From positions 213 to 64,212 of the forward strand of contig JBFLXM010000080.1 of the NCBI GenBank assembly GCA_040757175.1: DNA of 64,000 nucleotides, in the 5' to 3' direction. This document shows positions 16,427-27,000 of the stretch, piece by piece; positions within the stretch are counted from its first letter, which is position 1; every line of letters begins with the position of its first letter. The position numbers were made by a program, and so were the translations under genes. This DNA comes from Thermodesulfobacteriota bacterium (GTDB lineage: Bacteria; Desulfobacterota; Desulfobaccia; Desulfobaccales; 0-14-0-80-60-11). Under the pieces are notes generated by a model, which saw only the letters and a list, made by a program, of their open reading frames with translations, searched no databases and had not been told where the DNA came from.

Positions 16427-19400
16427 TTCCTTTTTCACCTCGAAATTCCATTTCCAGATCTCGTAAATCGCCGGGTAGACCATCAGCTCCAATAGAAAAG
16501 AGGTGAAGATGCCGCCGATCATGGGCGCGGCGATGCGTTTCATGACGTCGGCCCCGGCTCCGGTGGACCACATGATGGGAATGAGCCCGAAGAGCAGGGT
16601 GGCCGCGGTCATGAACTTGGGCCGGATCCGCTTGGCGGCCCCCTCCACGATGGCGCCGTGCAATTGGGGCAGCGTCCGCAGCCGCCCCTCCTTTTTCGCC
16701 TGGTCATAGGCCAGGTCGAGATAAAGGAGCATGAAGATACCCGTTTCCGCATCCACTCCTAGAAGCGCGATCAAACCGACCCAGACCGCGATACTCAGGT
16801 TGTAGCCCAACAGATAGAGGAACCAGACGGCCCCCACCGCGGAAAAGGGCACCGCCAGAATGATGAGCATGGTCTTGGGGATGGACCGGGTATTCATATA
16901 TAGCAGCAGGAAGATGAGAAACAGGGTCAGGGGCACCACCACCAGCAAGCGCTGCTTCACCCGCTGCGCGGCTTCGTACTGGCCGCTCCATGAGATGGCG
17001 TAACCCGGCGGCAGCTTCATCTGCTCCTGGAGCACCCGGGCCGCTTCCTCCACATAGCCGTTGACATCCCGCCCGGCGATATCGATATACACATAGCCCG
17101 TCAGGAGACCGTCTTCATTGCGGATCATGGCCGGCCCGCTCACCACCTTGATGCTGGCCAACTGCCCCAGGGGGATTTGCCGCTTGCCGTCCGCAGCCGG
17201 CACCAGAATCCGTTCCAGGGCGCTGAAATCGGACCGGAAATCCCGCTGGTAGCGCACATTCACCGTGTACCGTTCCCGCCCTTCCACGGTGGTGGTGACG
17301 TTTTCCCCGCCGATGGCATTCTGCACCACGTCCTGGACTTCATCGATGCTCAGGCCATAGCGGGCCAATTGCTGCCGATGCCACTCAAAATCGAGGAAAT
17401 AGCCGGTGCCGGTGCGTTCGGCAAAGACATTCCGGGTCCCCTTGACCCGGGGCAGCAGGGATTCGATGCGGGAGCCGATTTCTTCGATGGTTTGGACATT
17501 GTCCCCGGAGATCTTGAGGCCCACGGGGGTCCGCAAACCGGTGCTCAACATCTCGATGCGGCCCTTGATGGGCATGGTCCAGGCGTTGGCCAGCCCCGGC
17601 AGGGTCAGGGCCTCGTTCATCTGGGCGATGAGCTTTTCCTGGGTCATCCCGGCGCGCCACTGGGGTTTGGGCTTCAGGGTGATCACCGTTTCCAGCATGG
17701 ACACCGGGGCCGGGTCCGTGGAGGTCTCGGCCCGGCCGGCCTTGCCCAGGACCCGGTCCACTTCGGGAAACTGCTTGATAATGCGATCCGTGACCTGGAG
17801 CACTTTTTGGGCTTCGCCGATGGAAATTCCCGGCATGGTGGAGGGCATGTAGAGAATGGACCCCTCCTCCAGGGGCGGCATAAATTCAGACCCCAGGTGC
17901 GTATACGCGGGGATCGTCAGGAGCATCAGGACCACGGCCCCGCCGATCACCCACCACTTCCGCCGCAGCGACCAGGTGACCAACGGTTCATAAAAGCGGA
18001 TCAGACGCCGGCTGATGGGGTGCTTCTCCTCGGCATGGATGGTGCCCACCAACATGGCGTTGGTCAACCGGCATAACCAGGGCGGCCGGAAATTGAAATT
18101 CTCCATGTGGGTGAACAACAGGCGCAGGGCCGGGTCCAGGGTAATGGCCAAGACCGCGGCCACCAGCATGGACAGGTTCTTGGTGTAGGCCAGGGGCTTG
18201 AACATCCGGCCTTCCACGGACTCCAGGCTGAGAACGGGCAGGAAGGCCACCGCGATCACCAGCAAGGCAAAGAAGCTGGGCCCCGCCACCTCCTTGACCG
18301 CGGCCACCACCTCCTCCTGGTAGTCTTGCAGCCGCCCCGTCTGGTGCCACTTCTCCAGCTTCTTGTGGACCTGCTCCACCATGACGATGGCCGCGTCCAC
18401 CAAGGCCCCCACCGCGATGATGATCCCCCCCAGGGACATGATGTTGGCCGTGACCCCCATCATCCGGAAGGGAATGAAAGAAATCAGCACCGCCACCGGG
18501 ATGGTGATCACCGGGATGATGGCGCTGGGGAAGTGCCACAGAAAGATGAGGATCACCAGGGAGACGGTGAGCAGCACTTCCACCAGGGTGGACTGCATGT
18601 TGCCGATGGCCCGCTGGATCAAGTCGGAGCGGTCATAAATGGGGACAATCTTGACGCCTTGGGGCAGCCCGGGTTCAATCTCCTTGATCTTGGCCTTGAC
18701 GCGCTCAATGACGTCCAGGGCATTTTGCCCCTGGCGCATGACCACGATCCCGGACACCACCTCCCCGGTTCCGTCCAGGTCGGTGACCCCCCTGCGGTAA
18801 TCCGGCCCTTTGACGACCTGGCCGATATCCTTGACGCGAATCGGCGTACCGTCCTCACTGGCAGTCAGCACGATATTTTCAAAATCCTGGAGGGACTTGG
18901 CGTAACCCCGGCCCCGCACCATGTACTCGGTGCCGCCGAATTCCAGCAGCCGCCCGCCCACTTCCCGGTTGCCGCCTTGCACCGCCTTGGCCACCTTGCT
19001 GATGGACAGGTTGTAAGTCTGCAGCCGGTTGGGGTCCACATTGACCTGGTATTGCCGCACGAACCCGCCCACCGGCGCCACCTCCGCGACCCCGTGGACT
19101 CCCTTCAGGTAATACCGGAGATACCAATCCTGGTAGGAGCGCAACTCCTCCAGGCTGTGCTTGCCGGTGGCGTCCACCAGGGCGTACTGAAAGACCCAGC
19201 CCAGGCCGGTGGCGTCAGGACCTAATTCCGTCTTGACGCCCGAGGGCAAAAGCGGCAACACCCCGGACAAATATTCCAAGGCCCGGGACCGGGCCCAGTA
19301 AATATCGGTGCCGTCTTCGAAAATTACATAGACATAAGAATAGCCGAAATCCGAAAAGCCGCGCACGGCTTTGACCTGGGGGGCGCCCAGCATGGCGGTG

Positions 19401-19606
19401 ACAATGGGGTAGGTCACCTGGTCTTCGATGATGTCCGGGCTGCGGTCCCACCGGGAGTAGATGATCACCTGGGTGTCGGTAAGGTCCGGCACCGCGTCCA
19501 GGGGTAAATGCCGCAGGGACCACCATCCCAGCAAACAGGCCGCAGCCACGATGATAAAGACGATGACCTTGTTGTTCACCGAAAAATCGATGATCCGGTT
19601 AATCAT
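16373..19606 (-). CDS. cusA: CusA/CzcA-family heavy-metal efflux RND permease
   Basis: Start set at 'MINRIIDFSVNNKVIVF' (ATG 19606, ATGATTAA overlap with the cusB stop). 12-TM RND architecture with CusA-like sequence throughout. The ORF-track Arg-rich N-extension is discounted. Confidence 0.9.
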   Translation of the reverse strand: MINRIIDFSVNNKVIVFIIVAAACLLGWWSLRHLPLDAVPDLTDTQVIIYSRWDRSPDIIEDQVTYPIVTAMLGAPQVKAVRGFSDFGYSYVYVIFEDGTDIYWARSRALEYLSGVLPLLPSGVKTELGPDATGLGWVFQYALVDATGKHSLEELRSYQDWYLRYYLKGVHGVAEVAPVGGFVRQYQVNVDPNRLQTYNLSISKVAKAVQGGNREVGGRLLEFGGTEYMVRGRGYAKSLQDFENIVLTASEDGTPIRVKDIGQVVKGPDYRRGVTDLDGTGEVVSGIVVMRQGQNALDVIERVKAKIKEIEPGLPQGVKIVPIYDRSDLIQRAIGNMQSTLVEVLLTVSLVILIFLWHFPSAIIPVITIPVAVLISFIPFRMMGVTANIMSLGGIIIAVGALVDAAIVMVEQVHKKLEKWHQTGRLQDYQEEVVAAVKEVAGPSFFALLVIAVAFLPVLSLESVEGRMFKPLAYTKNLSMLVAAVLAITLDPALRLLFTHMENFNFRPPWLCRLTNAMLVGTIHAEEKHPISRRLIRFYEPLVTWSLRRKWWVIGGAVVLMLLTIPAYTHLGSEFMPPLEEGSILYMPSTMPGISIGEAQKVLQVTDRIIKQFPEVDRVLGKAGRAETSTDPAPVSMLETVITLKPKPQWRAGMTQEKLIAQMNEALTLPGLANAWTMPIKGRIEMLSTGLRTPVGLKISGDNVQTIEEIGSRIESLLPRVKGTRNVFAERTGTGYFLDFEWHRQQLARYGLSIDEVQDVVQNAIGGENVTTTVEGRERYTVNVRYQRDFRSDFSALERILVPAADGKRQIPLGQLASIKVVSGPAMIRNEDGLLTGYVYIDIAGRDVNGYVEEAARVLQEQMKLPPGYAISWSGQYEAAQRVKQRLLVVVPLTLFLIFLLLYMNTRSIPKTMLIILAVPFSAVGAVWFLYLLGYNLSIAVWVGLIALLGVDAETGIFMLLYLDLAYDQAKKEGRLRTLPQLHGAIVEGAAKRIRPKFMTAATLLFGLIPIMWSTGAGADVMKRIAAPMIGGIFTSFLLELMVYPAIYEIWKWNFEVKKELHFEIGKDDLVGGDAGK

Positions 19607-21836
19607 GCCGGTGACCCCCAGCGCCTTGAGAGGAGGGCGATGGCGGTGGCGCCTGGGGCGGTGACGGCGGCGGCGACGCCTCTGGCGGATGGTACGGCTC
19701 AAATTGCGGCACCTGGGCCTGCGGCGTCGGAGATGGTTGCGCAGGTGGCTGCATATGCGGCATCGGTGGAGCCGCCGGCTTAGCCTGGGATTCCTGGGGC
19801 GGACCTCCCACCAGGGACTGGCCTTTCCCCGGAGGTATCGCCCGGATGGAATCCCGCCTCAACCTCAGCAACAAATCAGGAGTCGTGGGCACCTGGGGAT
19901 ACGTGAAAGTTGATTTGGCCTCTGAACTCCCGGATAAATAATGTTGGGGGTCTTTGTCAAACCTTTGTTTGCAGCCGTCGGTGTCAAAGTAATAAAGCTT
20001 TCCCTGGTATTCGCTGGTTCTGCCCGCCTGTTTGGCCGGTCCCGTGGCCACTGGCAAGCCGCACACCGGGTCCGGCGCGGTCTTGGCCACGGCCGGCGCC
20101 GGGGAACCGCCGCTCCCTTCTTGGGCTGCCGGTTGCAGGTAACGCTCCGGATCTTTATCAAACTCCTTATTGCAGCTATAGCTGCAAAAATAATAAGTTT
20201 TTCCTTGATAGACGCTGGTTAGACCTCCGGCCTGCGCCTGGGTTTCGTCCACTTCGTGGCCGCACACCGGGTCTTTGGCCTTGCCGGCCGGTGCGCCCTG
20301 TTTCTGGACCTCGGGCGCACCGGTGGCAGTCTTCTCGCCCCCCCCTGGTTTGGCGGCGTAGCGCCCGGGGTTTTTGTCAAAATGCTCTTTGCATCCCGGG
20401 GAGCAGAAATAATAGGTCTGGTTATTATAAGTGCTCTGGAAGCCGGCGGCCTTGGCCTTGCTGGCATCCACCTTCAGGCCGCAGACGGGATCCTTGGCGA
20501 CCTCGCCGAACATGCCCGCGGCCGCCAGCTTCATGCGGCTTTCAGAGTCGATGAGGAAATTGCCGGAGACCACGATGCGCTCGCCGGGAGCCAGACCCTC
20601 GATGATTTCCGTCCGTTCTCCCAGACGCCACCCGGTCTTAACCCGGCGCGGTTCGAAAAAACCTTGGTCCCGGTCGACGAATACGGTCTTCTTGAGCCCT
20701 GAATCCATGATGGCGTCCACCGGGACGTTGACCGTGGGAGGCATATTGATGGGAAACTCCACGTCCACAAACATCCCGGGCCTGAGGGCAAATTGCGGAT
20801 TGTCCACCTCCAGGCGCACTTTGACGGTGAGGGTCGCCGGGTCGAATTGGGGCAGAATTTCGCTCACCGTCGCCATATACGTCTCGTCTTGGCCGGCGAG
20901 CGTTACCTTAACCTTTTCTCCCGGCCGGACATACTTCGCTTCATCTTTAAATAAATCCGCCAGGATCCAGACCCGGCTCAAGTCCGCCAGCCGGTATAAT
21001 TCCTCACCACTAACGAATTTTTGGCCCGGGGTGAGGTTCCGAACCAGGACAAAACTGGTAGCCGGGGCATTGATAATAATCTCTTGAGTGATTTCCTTGC
21101 TGCGGATCAGGTCCCTGATCTGCTGCATACTCATGCCCAGGTTCATCAGGTTGTATTCAGCCGCGCGTTTCTGGGCTTCCAGATAGTGCTTCTGGGACGC
21201 GGGCAATTGCTGGCCCTGCGGCAGGTTCTCGATGGCATAGACCGCATAATAGTATGTCTGTAACGCGGTAAATAAATCCTTGCTGTAATACGTAGCCAGA
21301 GGCTCATCCCTCCTGACCAGACTGCCGGTGGAGTTGTTAAATACCTTCATGATAAAACCATCGCTGAAGGCATTCACCCGGTAGATGCGAGTCTCATCAG
21401 CGGCCACCTTGCCCACGGTTCTGAGGGTATAGGTCCAGGGGGACTTGGCCACCGTGGCCACCCGCACCCCGATAATCTGCTGTTTTTCAGGAGTAACCTT
21501 AACGGAACCGGGTGACAAGGCCGAGCCGGCTGCCTGGCCCTCCTCCTCGGCGTAGACCGGCTCCATCTTCATGCCGCAGGGAGCCAACCCCGGCTCAGGA
21601 GAGGTGTGGGCCGGATTCATGGGATCCACATAGTACAAAATGCGTCGGCTCCCGGCAGACGTTTGGGGGTCGGCTTTTCTTTGCCCGTACCAGGACCCCG
21701 CCAGAAATAATACTACCAAGAGCATTAAAAGGACTGGCACATACCAATATTTCTTTAATACTGCGTACAGTTGCCTATCCTCCGTACTAAGGTTCGGTTT
21801 TTCCATGTTCTTCCCCGATTCCGCCTTTAGCGCCAC
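19599..21836 (-). CDS. cusB: CusB-like RND periplasmic adaptor with three C-terminal YHS domains and a Pro-rich tail
   Basis: TM anchor; degenerate metal-binding 'YYVDPMNPAHTS...APCGMKMEP'; MFP core; 3x 'DPVCG...YYF(C/D)S..C...FDK(N/D)P..Y'; the start could be ATG 21806. Confidence 0.85.
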   Translation of the reverse strand: MALKAESGKNMEKPNLSTEDRQLYAVLKKYWYVPVLLMLLVVLFLAGSWYGQRKADPQTSAGSRRILYYVDPMNPAHTSPEPGLAPCGMKMEPVYAEEEGQAAGSALSPGSVKVTPEKQQIIGVRVATVAKSPWTYTLRTVGKVAADETRIYRVNAFSDGFIMKVFNNSTGSLVRRDEPLATYYSKDLFTALQTYYYAVYAIENLPQGQQLPASQKHYLEAQKRAAEYNLMNLGMSMQQIRDLIRSKEITQEIIINAPATSFVLVRNLTPGQKFVSGEELYRLADLSRVWILADLFKDEAKYVRPGEKVKVTLAGQDETYMATVSEILPQFDPATLTVKVRLEVDNPQFALRPGMFVDVEFPINMPPTVNVPVDAIMDSGLKKTVFVDRDQGFFEPRRVKTGWRLGERTEIIEGLAPGERIVVSGNFLIDSESRMKLAAAGMFGEVAKDPVCGLKVDASKAKAAGFQSTYNNQTYYFCSPGCKEHFDKNPGRYAAKPGGGEKTATGAPEVQKQGAPAGKAKDPVCGHEVDETQAQAGGLTSVYQGKTYYFCSYSCNKEFDKDPERYLQPAAQEGSGGSPAPAVAKTAPDPVCGLPVATGPAKQAGRTSEYQGKLYYFDTDGCKQRFDKDPQHYLSGSSEAKSTFTYPQVPTTPDLLLRLRRDSIRAIPPGKGQSLVGGPPQESQAKPAAPPMPHMQPPAQPSPTPQAQVPQFEPYHPPEASPPPSPPQAPPPSPSSQGAGGHRHD

Positions 21837-22257
21837 AGAATTAAATTCGGCCTGACGTATTTTTTAAAATTATGTCGCCATATAAGTCTAGTCAACCCCA
21901 AGATGAATGCCTGAGACTTGCTATTTTCGGAATTTGACCCCAAAACCGCACCATCATCCACCTGCCACCCTTTCCTGACCATTTAATCCTACATAATGGG
22001 GGTGCCTGATAGCTGCCTCCAAACTTTCTGCAGAGGCATCCGGCATCCGCACCAGCCGAATCCGGCCACTCAGTTGGGATAGTCTTCCACAGCCCCAAAT
22101 TCTACCTCTTGGTGCTACTGGAGTTAATTCAATACCACCATAGTATAGATTGGTTGGGCTTTCGATTGGACCCGGGATTAGCGAAATTTTTGTCAGGGCG
22201 GCCTGAAATCGGGGAAAAATTGATTTTTAATACCATCTTATGCTATAAATATAATTT

Positions 22258-22785
22258 ATGGCTTTATCTCAAAGGAGTTATCTAGTGGGCACAATAAAAA
22301 TTGGCAAGCTGATTAATGCAGTCGTTTGCCTGGTTATTTTTATTTCTGTGGTGAATTGTTATGGCGCTAAGGGAAAGGCTGAGGAATTTTATGAGCAAGG
22401 GAAAAAAGATTCCGCAGTTAAAAACGCTGATAGCGCAATTTTTAATTATAGCAAAGCTATTAAAATCAATCCCAAATTCGCGAAAGCTTATAACAATCGA
22501 GGGGTTGCCTATATTTGGAAAAGACAGTATTACCTCGCGATCGCAGATTTCGATAAGGCTATTAAATTGGACCCTAAAGACGGTAAGGCTTACAACAACC
22601 GGGCAATCGTGTATTCGTATTTAGGGGAAATTAATAAAGCGCGCCAGGATCTTCTTAAGGCCAAAAGTCTCGGCATTGAGGTTAATCCGGATTTTTTAAA
22701 ATATCTCGAGACACTCCCCTCTATCCCTGAACCAATATTTCATAAGCCGGCTCCACACCCCTCCAAAGCCCCCCAGCAGAAATGA
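22258..22785 (+). CDS. TPR-repeat protein (visibly AT-richer than its neighbours)
   Basis: 175 aa; repeated 'A..YN.RG.AY....Y..AI.DF.KAI.L(D/N)P' TPR units. Confidence 0.7.
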   Translation: MALSQRSYLVGTIKIGKLINAVVCLVIFISVVNCYGAKGKAEEFYEQGKKDSAVKNADSAIFNYSKAIKINPKFAKAYNNRGVAYIWKRQYYLAIADFDKAIKLDPKDGKAYNNRAIVYSYLGEINKARQDLLKAKSLGIEVNPDFLKYLETLPSIPEPIFHKPAPHPSKAPQQK

Positions 22786-22949
22786 TGGCCGCCATCTCCT
22801 CAAGACCTCCGGGCGAAACTTCCCTTTATCCCCCATTGGCGGCAATTCGCCAGGGACCGGCGCAAACAGTTAGTCCCCCTAACGACCATGCGTAACCAGC
22901 AGCCCGCACAATATCTTCCTTTTCATGGCGACCTCCTTGTGCCTGGCGG

Positions 22950-23447
22950 TTAATTTCTAGCACCCTTTTTGTCTCCGGGCAATGGCCCCTTACCGGGACC
23001 GCCTGCCCCTGGTGGCGGGGAGAACAGGGCTTCCAGGGCCTTTCTATCCATCTTGATCCCCAGACTTTCCGCTTTGTTGATATCTTTTTCGGCCTGGTCC
23101 CGTTTCCCTTGGTACCATAAGGTCACCGCGCGATTGTTATAGGCCTTCCCAAAATTGGGGTCGATCTTGATGGCCCGGCTGAAGTCGTCGACGGCTTTAT
23201 CGAGTTCCCCCTTCTGGCAGTAGGCAATGCCCCGATTATTAAAAGCTGTAGCGGATTGGGGATTCAGTTTAATGGCGGCCGTGAAGGCGTCGATGGCCTG
23301 GATATGTTTTCCGGCCTTTAAGAGCTCCTTTCCCTGGGTAATGTAGTCCTCGGCCTTCTTCCCGGCGCCGCAAGCCGAGAAAGATACACCAAGCAGCAAT
23401 ATGCCCGCCACCAGCCAGGTCATTCCCTTAATCTTGCCGGCCCCCAT
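22950..23447 (-). CDS. TPR-repeat lipoprotein-like protein
   Basis: 165 aa; 'LLLGVSFSAC' lipobox-like signal; three TPR units ('AFNNRGIAYCQKG', 'AYNNRAVTLWYQG'). Confidence 0.75.
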   Translation of the reverse strand: MGAGKIKGMTWLVAGILLLGVSFSACGAGKKAEDYITQGKELLKAGKHIQAIDAFTAAIKLNPQSATAFNNRGIAYCQKGELDKAVDDFSRAIKIDPNFGKAYNNRAVTLWYQGKRDQAEKDINKAESLGIKMDRKALEALFSPPPGAGGPGKGPLPGDKKGARN

Positions 23448-23562
23448 TTCTCCCTCCTCGGTTTTTTCTCTTTGGACCTGACCCTATGGTTATTCTGCCA
23501 GACCCAGGTTGATAAGAATTTAACTATTCTTATAGTTGCGGTTCTGCCGGGGGGATCGCGGC

Positions 23563-23919
23563 TTAAAAGGTGAATACCTTTGCTTGTTCGGCAAGGTCTA
23601 TTAAGGTTACCCCGGTGCCGATCTTCGCCCCGGGGGGCAGGTCGTCTTCTCCCACCATCCTGGTCTCGGCGCAGGGTTTGCAGACCAGGATGCTAGCGCC
23701 GTGGTCCACCAGGAACCTCCAGTAGGTGATGAGGTCGTCGCCGGTGGGCGCCTTAACCCGCTCCGCCAGGGCCAGGTTGGTGAAATACGCGGCGTCATCC
23801 ACCAGGAAGACCGTCACCTCGTGCCCCTTTTCTCTGGCAATCTTGGCGAACTGAAAACACCTCACCGCCCGGGTGGGATCCTCCGGACCCCGGGTTAATA
23901 CGAATAAGAATTTACTCAT
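23563..23919 (-). CDS. DsrE/DsrF-like family protein
   Basis: 118 aa; 'KFLFVLTRGPED...VTVFLVDDAAY...LVCKPC'. Confidence 0.7.
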   Translation of the reverse strand: MSKFLFVLTRGPEDPTRAVRCFQFAKIAREKGHEVTVFLVDDAAYFTNLALAERVKAPTGDDLITYWRFLVDHGASILVCKPCAETRMVGEDDLPPGAKIGTGVTLIDLAEQAKVFTF

Positions 23920-24095
23920 CTGCTCCTCCTGAAAATTGTCCTGGATTTATTAATGGGGGAGAGTATAGCGCGGTTGCATCAAAAATTAAAGGGCCGGGCC
24001 AGGTTCCCTGGGGGAATATCCTTTCCCCCAGGCAGGAAAAAAAGATGTTTGCTGGCGAATTGAGATTATATAAGGGGTTCCCGCCTGAACCTTTA

Positions 24096-27000
24096 TTATT
24101 CAGCGGCTGGTGATCGGCCCGTTTTCCGGCCGGCCTGGAGGTAAAAGATCACCGGCACCACCACCAGGGAAAAGAGCGTGGACGCGAACAGGCCGAAGAT
24201 GAAGGACCAGGCCAGGCCCGAGAAGATGGGGTCCAGGGTGATGACCCAGGAGCCGAACATGGCCGCCAGCGCGGTGAGGAGGATGGGCCGGAAACGCACC
24301 GCGCCGGAGCGCAGCACCGCGTCTTCCAGAGCATAGCCCCGCTCCAGATGGTGGTGGATGAAGTCGATGAGGATGATGGAGTTGCGGACCACGATGCCCG
24401 CCAGGGCGATCATGCCGATCATGGCGGTGGCCGTGAAATAGATGGGGTTGGCGAAACCCGCCACCGGCCGGGTAAAGAGGAGATTCAGCAGGGCGAAGCC
24501 GGGCATCACCCCGATCATGGTCAGGGGGATGGCCACCATGATCACCAGGGGCATGGTAAAGGACGCGGTCTGGAGCACCAGGAGGATGTAGATGCCGATG
24601 AGCGCGCCCGCGAACGCGATCCCCAGGTCCCGGAAGACCTCCACCGTCACCTTCCACTCCCCCTCCCCCCCATAATTCACCCGGAAGCCGGGTGGCGGCG
24701 GCTCCCGTTTGCTGTCGGCCATGAGGTCCAGGACCGCGTTCACCGGGGAGAGGCCCGCGGTGTCCCCGGTGACCAACACCAGTCTCTCCAGGTTTTTCCG
24801 CATGATGGGCTGGGGGGCCAGGTCTTGCTGAAAATGGCCCAGTTCCTGGAGGGGCGCGAGCTGGCCTCCGGGGGTTTTAAAATAGAGTTGCCCCAGGCTC
24901 AGGGTGGAGGAGCGCAGGGCCTGGGGCCAGCGCAGGAAGATGGGCAGGGGCTCCCGTTCCGGGTCCGCGTGCACCCGGCCCACCACCTCCCCGGCCTGGG
25001 CCACGGCCACCCCCTTGGCGATCTGGGCCTGGCTCAAACCGCTCAAGGCCGCCTTCTGCCGGTCCACCAGGAAGCGGTAGCGGGGCTGGTCCGTATTCCC
25101 GGAAGTGTCCACGTCCACCACGCCCTTGGTCTTCAGGAAAAACTCCTGCACCCGGCCCGCTTCCCGCATGATGCTGGCGTACCCGGCCCCGGGGGGGCCG
25201 TAGACCTCCCCCACCAAGGTCTGCAAATTTGGCGGCCCCGGGGGCACCTCCACGATCTTCAGCCGGACCCGGTGCTTCCGGGCAATCTCCTCCAGGGCCG
25301 GCCTCACCCTGAGGCAGATGGCATGGGAGTCCGCGACCCGCCGCTCCTTCTCCGCCAGGTTGACCCGGATCTGCCCCACCCAGGGACCCTGCATCAGGTA
25401 ATAATGGCGCACCAGGCCGTTGAAGTCCATGGGTGCGTTTACCCCTGCATAAGTCACCACATTGTCCACTTCCGCGACCGTGGAGAGATAACCCCCGAAT
25501 TCCTGGAGGGCCGCCTCGGTGCCTTCCAAAGGCGTAGCGTTGGGCAGGTCCGCGACCACTAGAAAATCGTTCTTGTTATCAAAGGGCAACATCTTCAGGG
25601 GCACCAGCCCCACCACCGGCAGAAGCACGGAAATGCAAAAAAGCCCCACCACCGTCAGGAGGAACAGGCGGCTTTTCCGGCGGCTTTCTAGAAGAGGCGT
25701 CATGATGCGGGTGTAGACGCGATAGACCCAGGTGTCTTCCAATACGAAGGTCTTTTCTTCCTTGCCGTATTCCTTTTTGAGAAAGTGATAAGTGGCCCAG
25801 GGGGTGACGGTGAAGGCAATGGCCAGGCTCATGAGCATGGCCAAAGGCACGTTCAGGGGCATGGGCCGCATATACGGCCCCATCATGCCGGTGACGAAGA
25901 ACATGGGCAGGAAGCTGATGATCACCGTGAAGGTGGCCAGGATGGTGGGGCTCCGCACTTCGTCCACGGCCACCAGGGTGGCTTCCAGGGGTGGGTGCTG
26001 GCGCAGTTGAAAGTGGCGGTGGATGTTCTCCACGTCGATGATGGGGTCGTCCACCAGGAGGCCCAGGGAGAGGATCAGGGCAAAAAGGGTCACCCGGTTG
26101 ATGGTGTAGCCGAACATCATGTTGCCCATCAGGGTGATGGCCAGGGTCAGGGGCACGGCCAGGGCGACGATGAGGGCCTCCCGCCACCCCAGGAAGAGGG
26201 TCAGCAGCACGGTGATGGAGAGCACCGCGATGAGGAGTTCCCGGATGAGTTCGTTCACCTTCTCATTGGCGGTCCGGCCGTAGTCCCGGGTGACCTTGAT
26301 ATGGATGTTCGGGGGGATGATCTCCTTTTGCAGTTCTCCTACTTTTTCCAGCAGCCCCGCGGCCACGGTCACCGCGTTGGTGCCCAGGCGCTTGGCAAAG
26401 GCCATGGTCACTGCGGCATAAAATTCTCCGCGGCTCAGGCCGGACTCCATTTCCGCCGCGGGCCCGAACGCGATGCGGCTCAGCTCCACCGGCTCTTCCG
26501 GGCCGTCGATGATTTGGGCCACGTCCCGGAGATACACCGGTTTCCCCTGGTGCAGGCCCACCAGCAGGTTGGCCACCTCCTCCGCGGACTTGAGAAAAGG
26601 CCCGGCCTCCACCAGGTATTCCTTTTCCCGGCGGGAGAAGTGGCCCGCGGGCAGATTGACGTTGCTTACTTCAATGGCCTGGGCCACCGCGGCCAGGTCC
26701 AGGCCGTGGCCCGCCAGGCGGGCCGGGTCCGCCACCACCCGCACCTGGCGCTTGCGCCCCGCGACCACGTAGGAGCGGGCCGTGTCCGGAATGTTTTGCA
26801 GGCGGTGCAGCAGTTCGTCCGCCACCCGCCTGAGTTCGTAATCATCGGCGCTATCGCTGTAGAGAGTCAGGGTGACGATGGGCACGTCGTTGATGTTCAT
26901 GGGCTTGACCACCCAGCCCGCCACCCCGGAAGGCACCTGGTCGATGTTGGACCAGACCTGGTTGTAGACCTTAAAAAGGCTGGTCTCCAGGTTTTCCCCC

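Noticed and set aside
19607-19702. Arg-rich N-terminal extension of cusA ('MSRTIRQRRRRRRHRPRRHRHRPP')
   Set aside because: It is the alternate frame of the Pro-rich CusB tail. The conserved CusA N-terminus begins at MINRIIDF, with an ATGATTAA stop/start overlap.
23512-23533. 8-bp inverted repeat ATAAGAAT-N6-ATTCTTAT as an operator
   Set aside because: It is a single short AT-rich palindrome in an AT-rich spacer, with no second copy or adjacent regulator gene. The evidence is insufficient.
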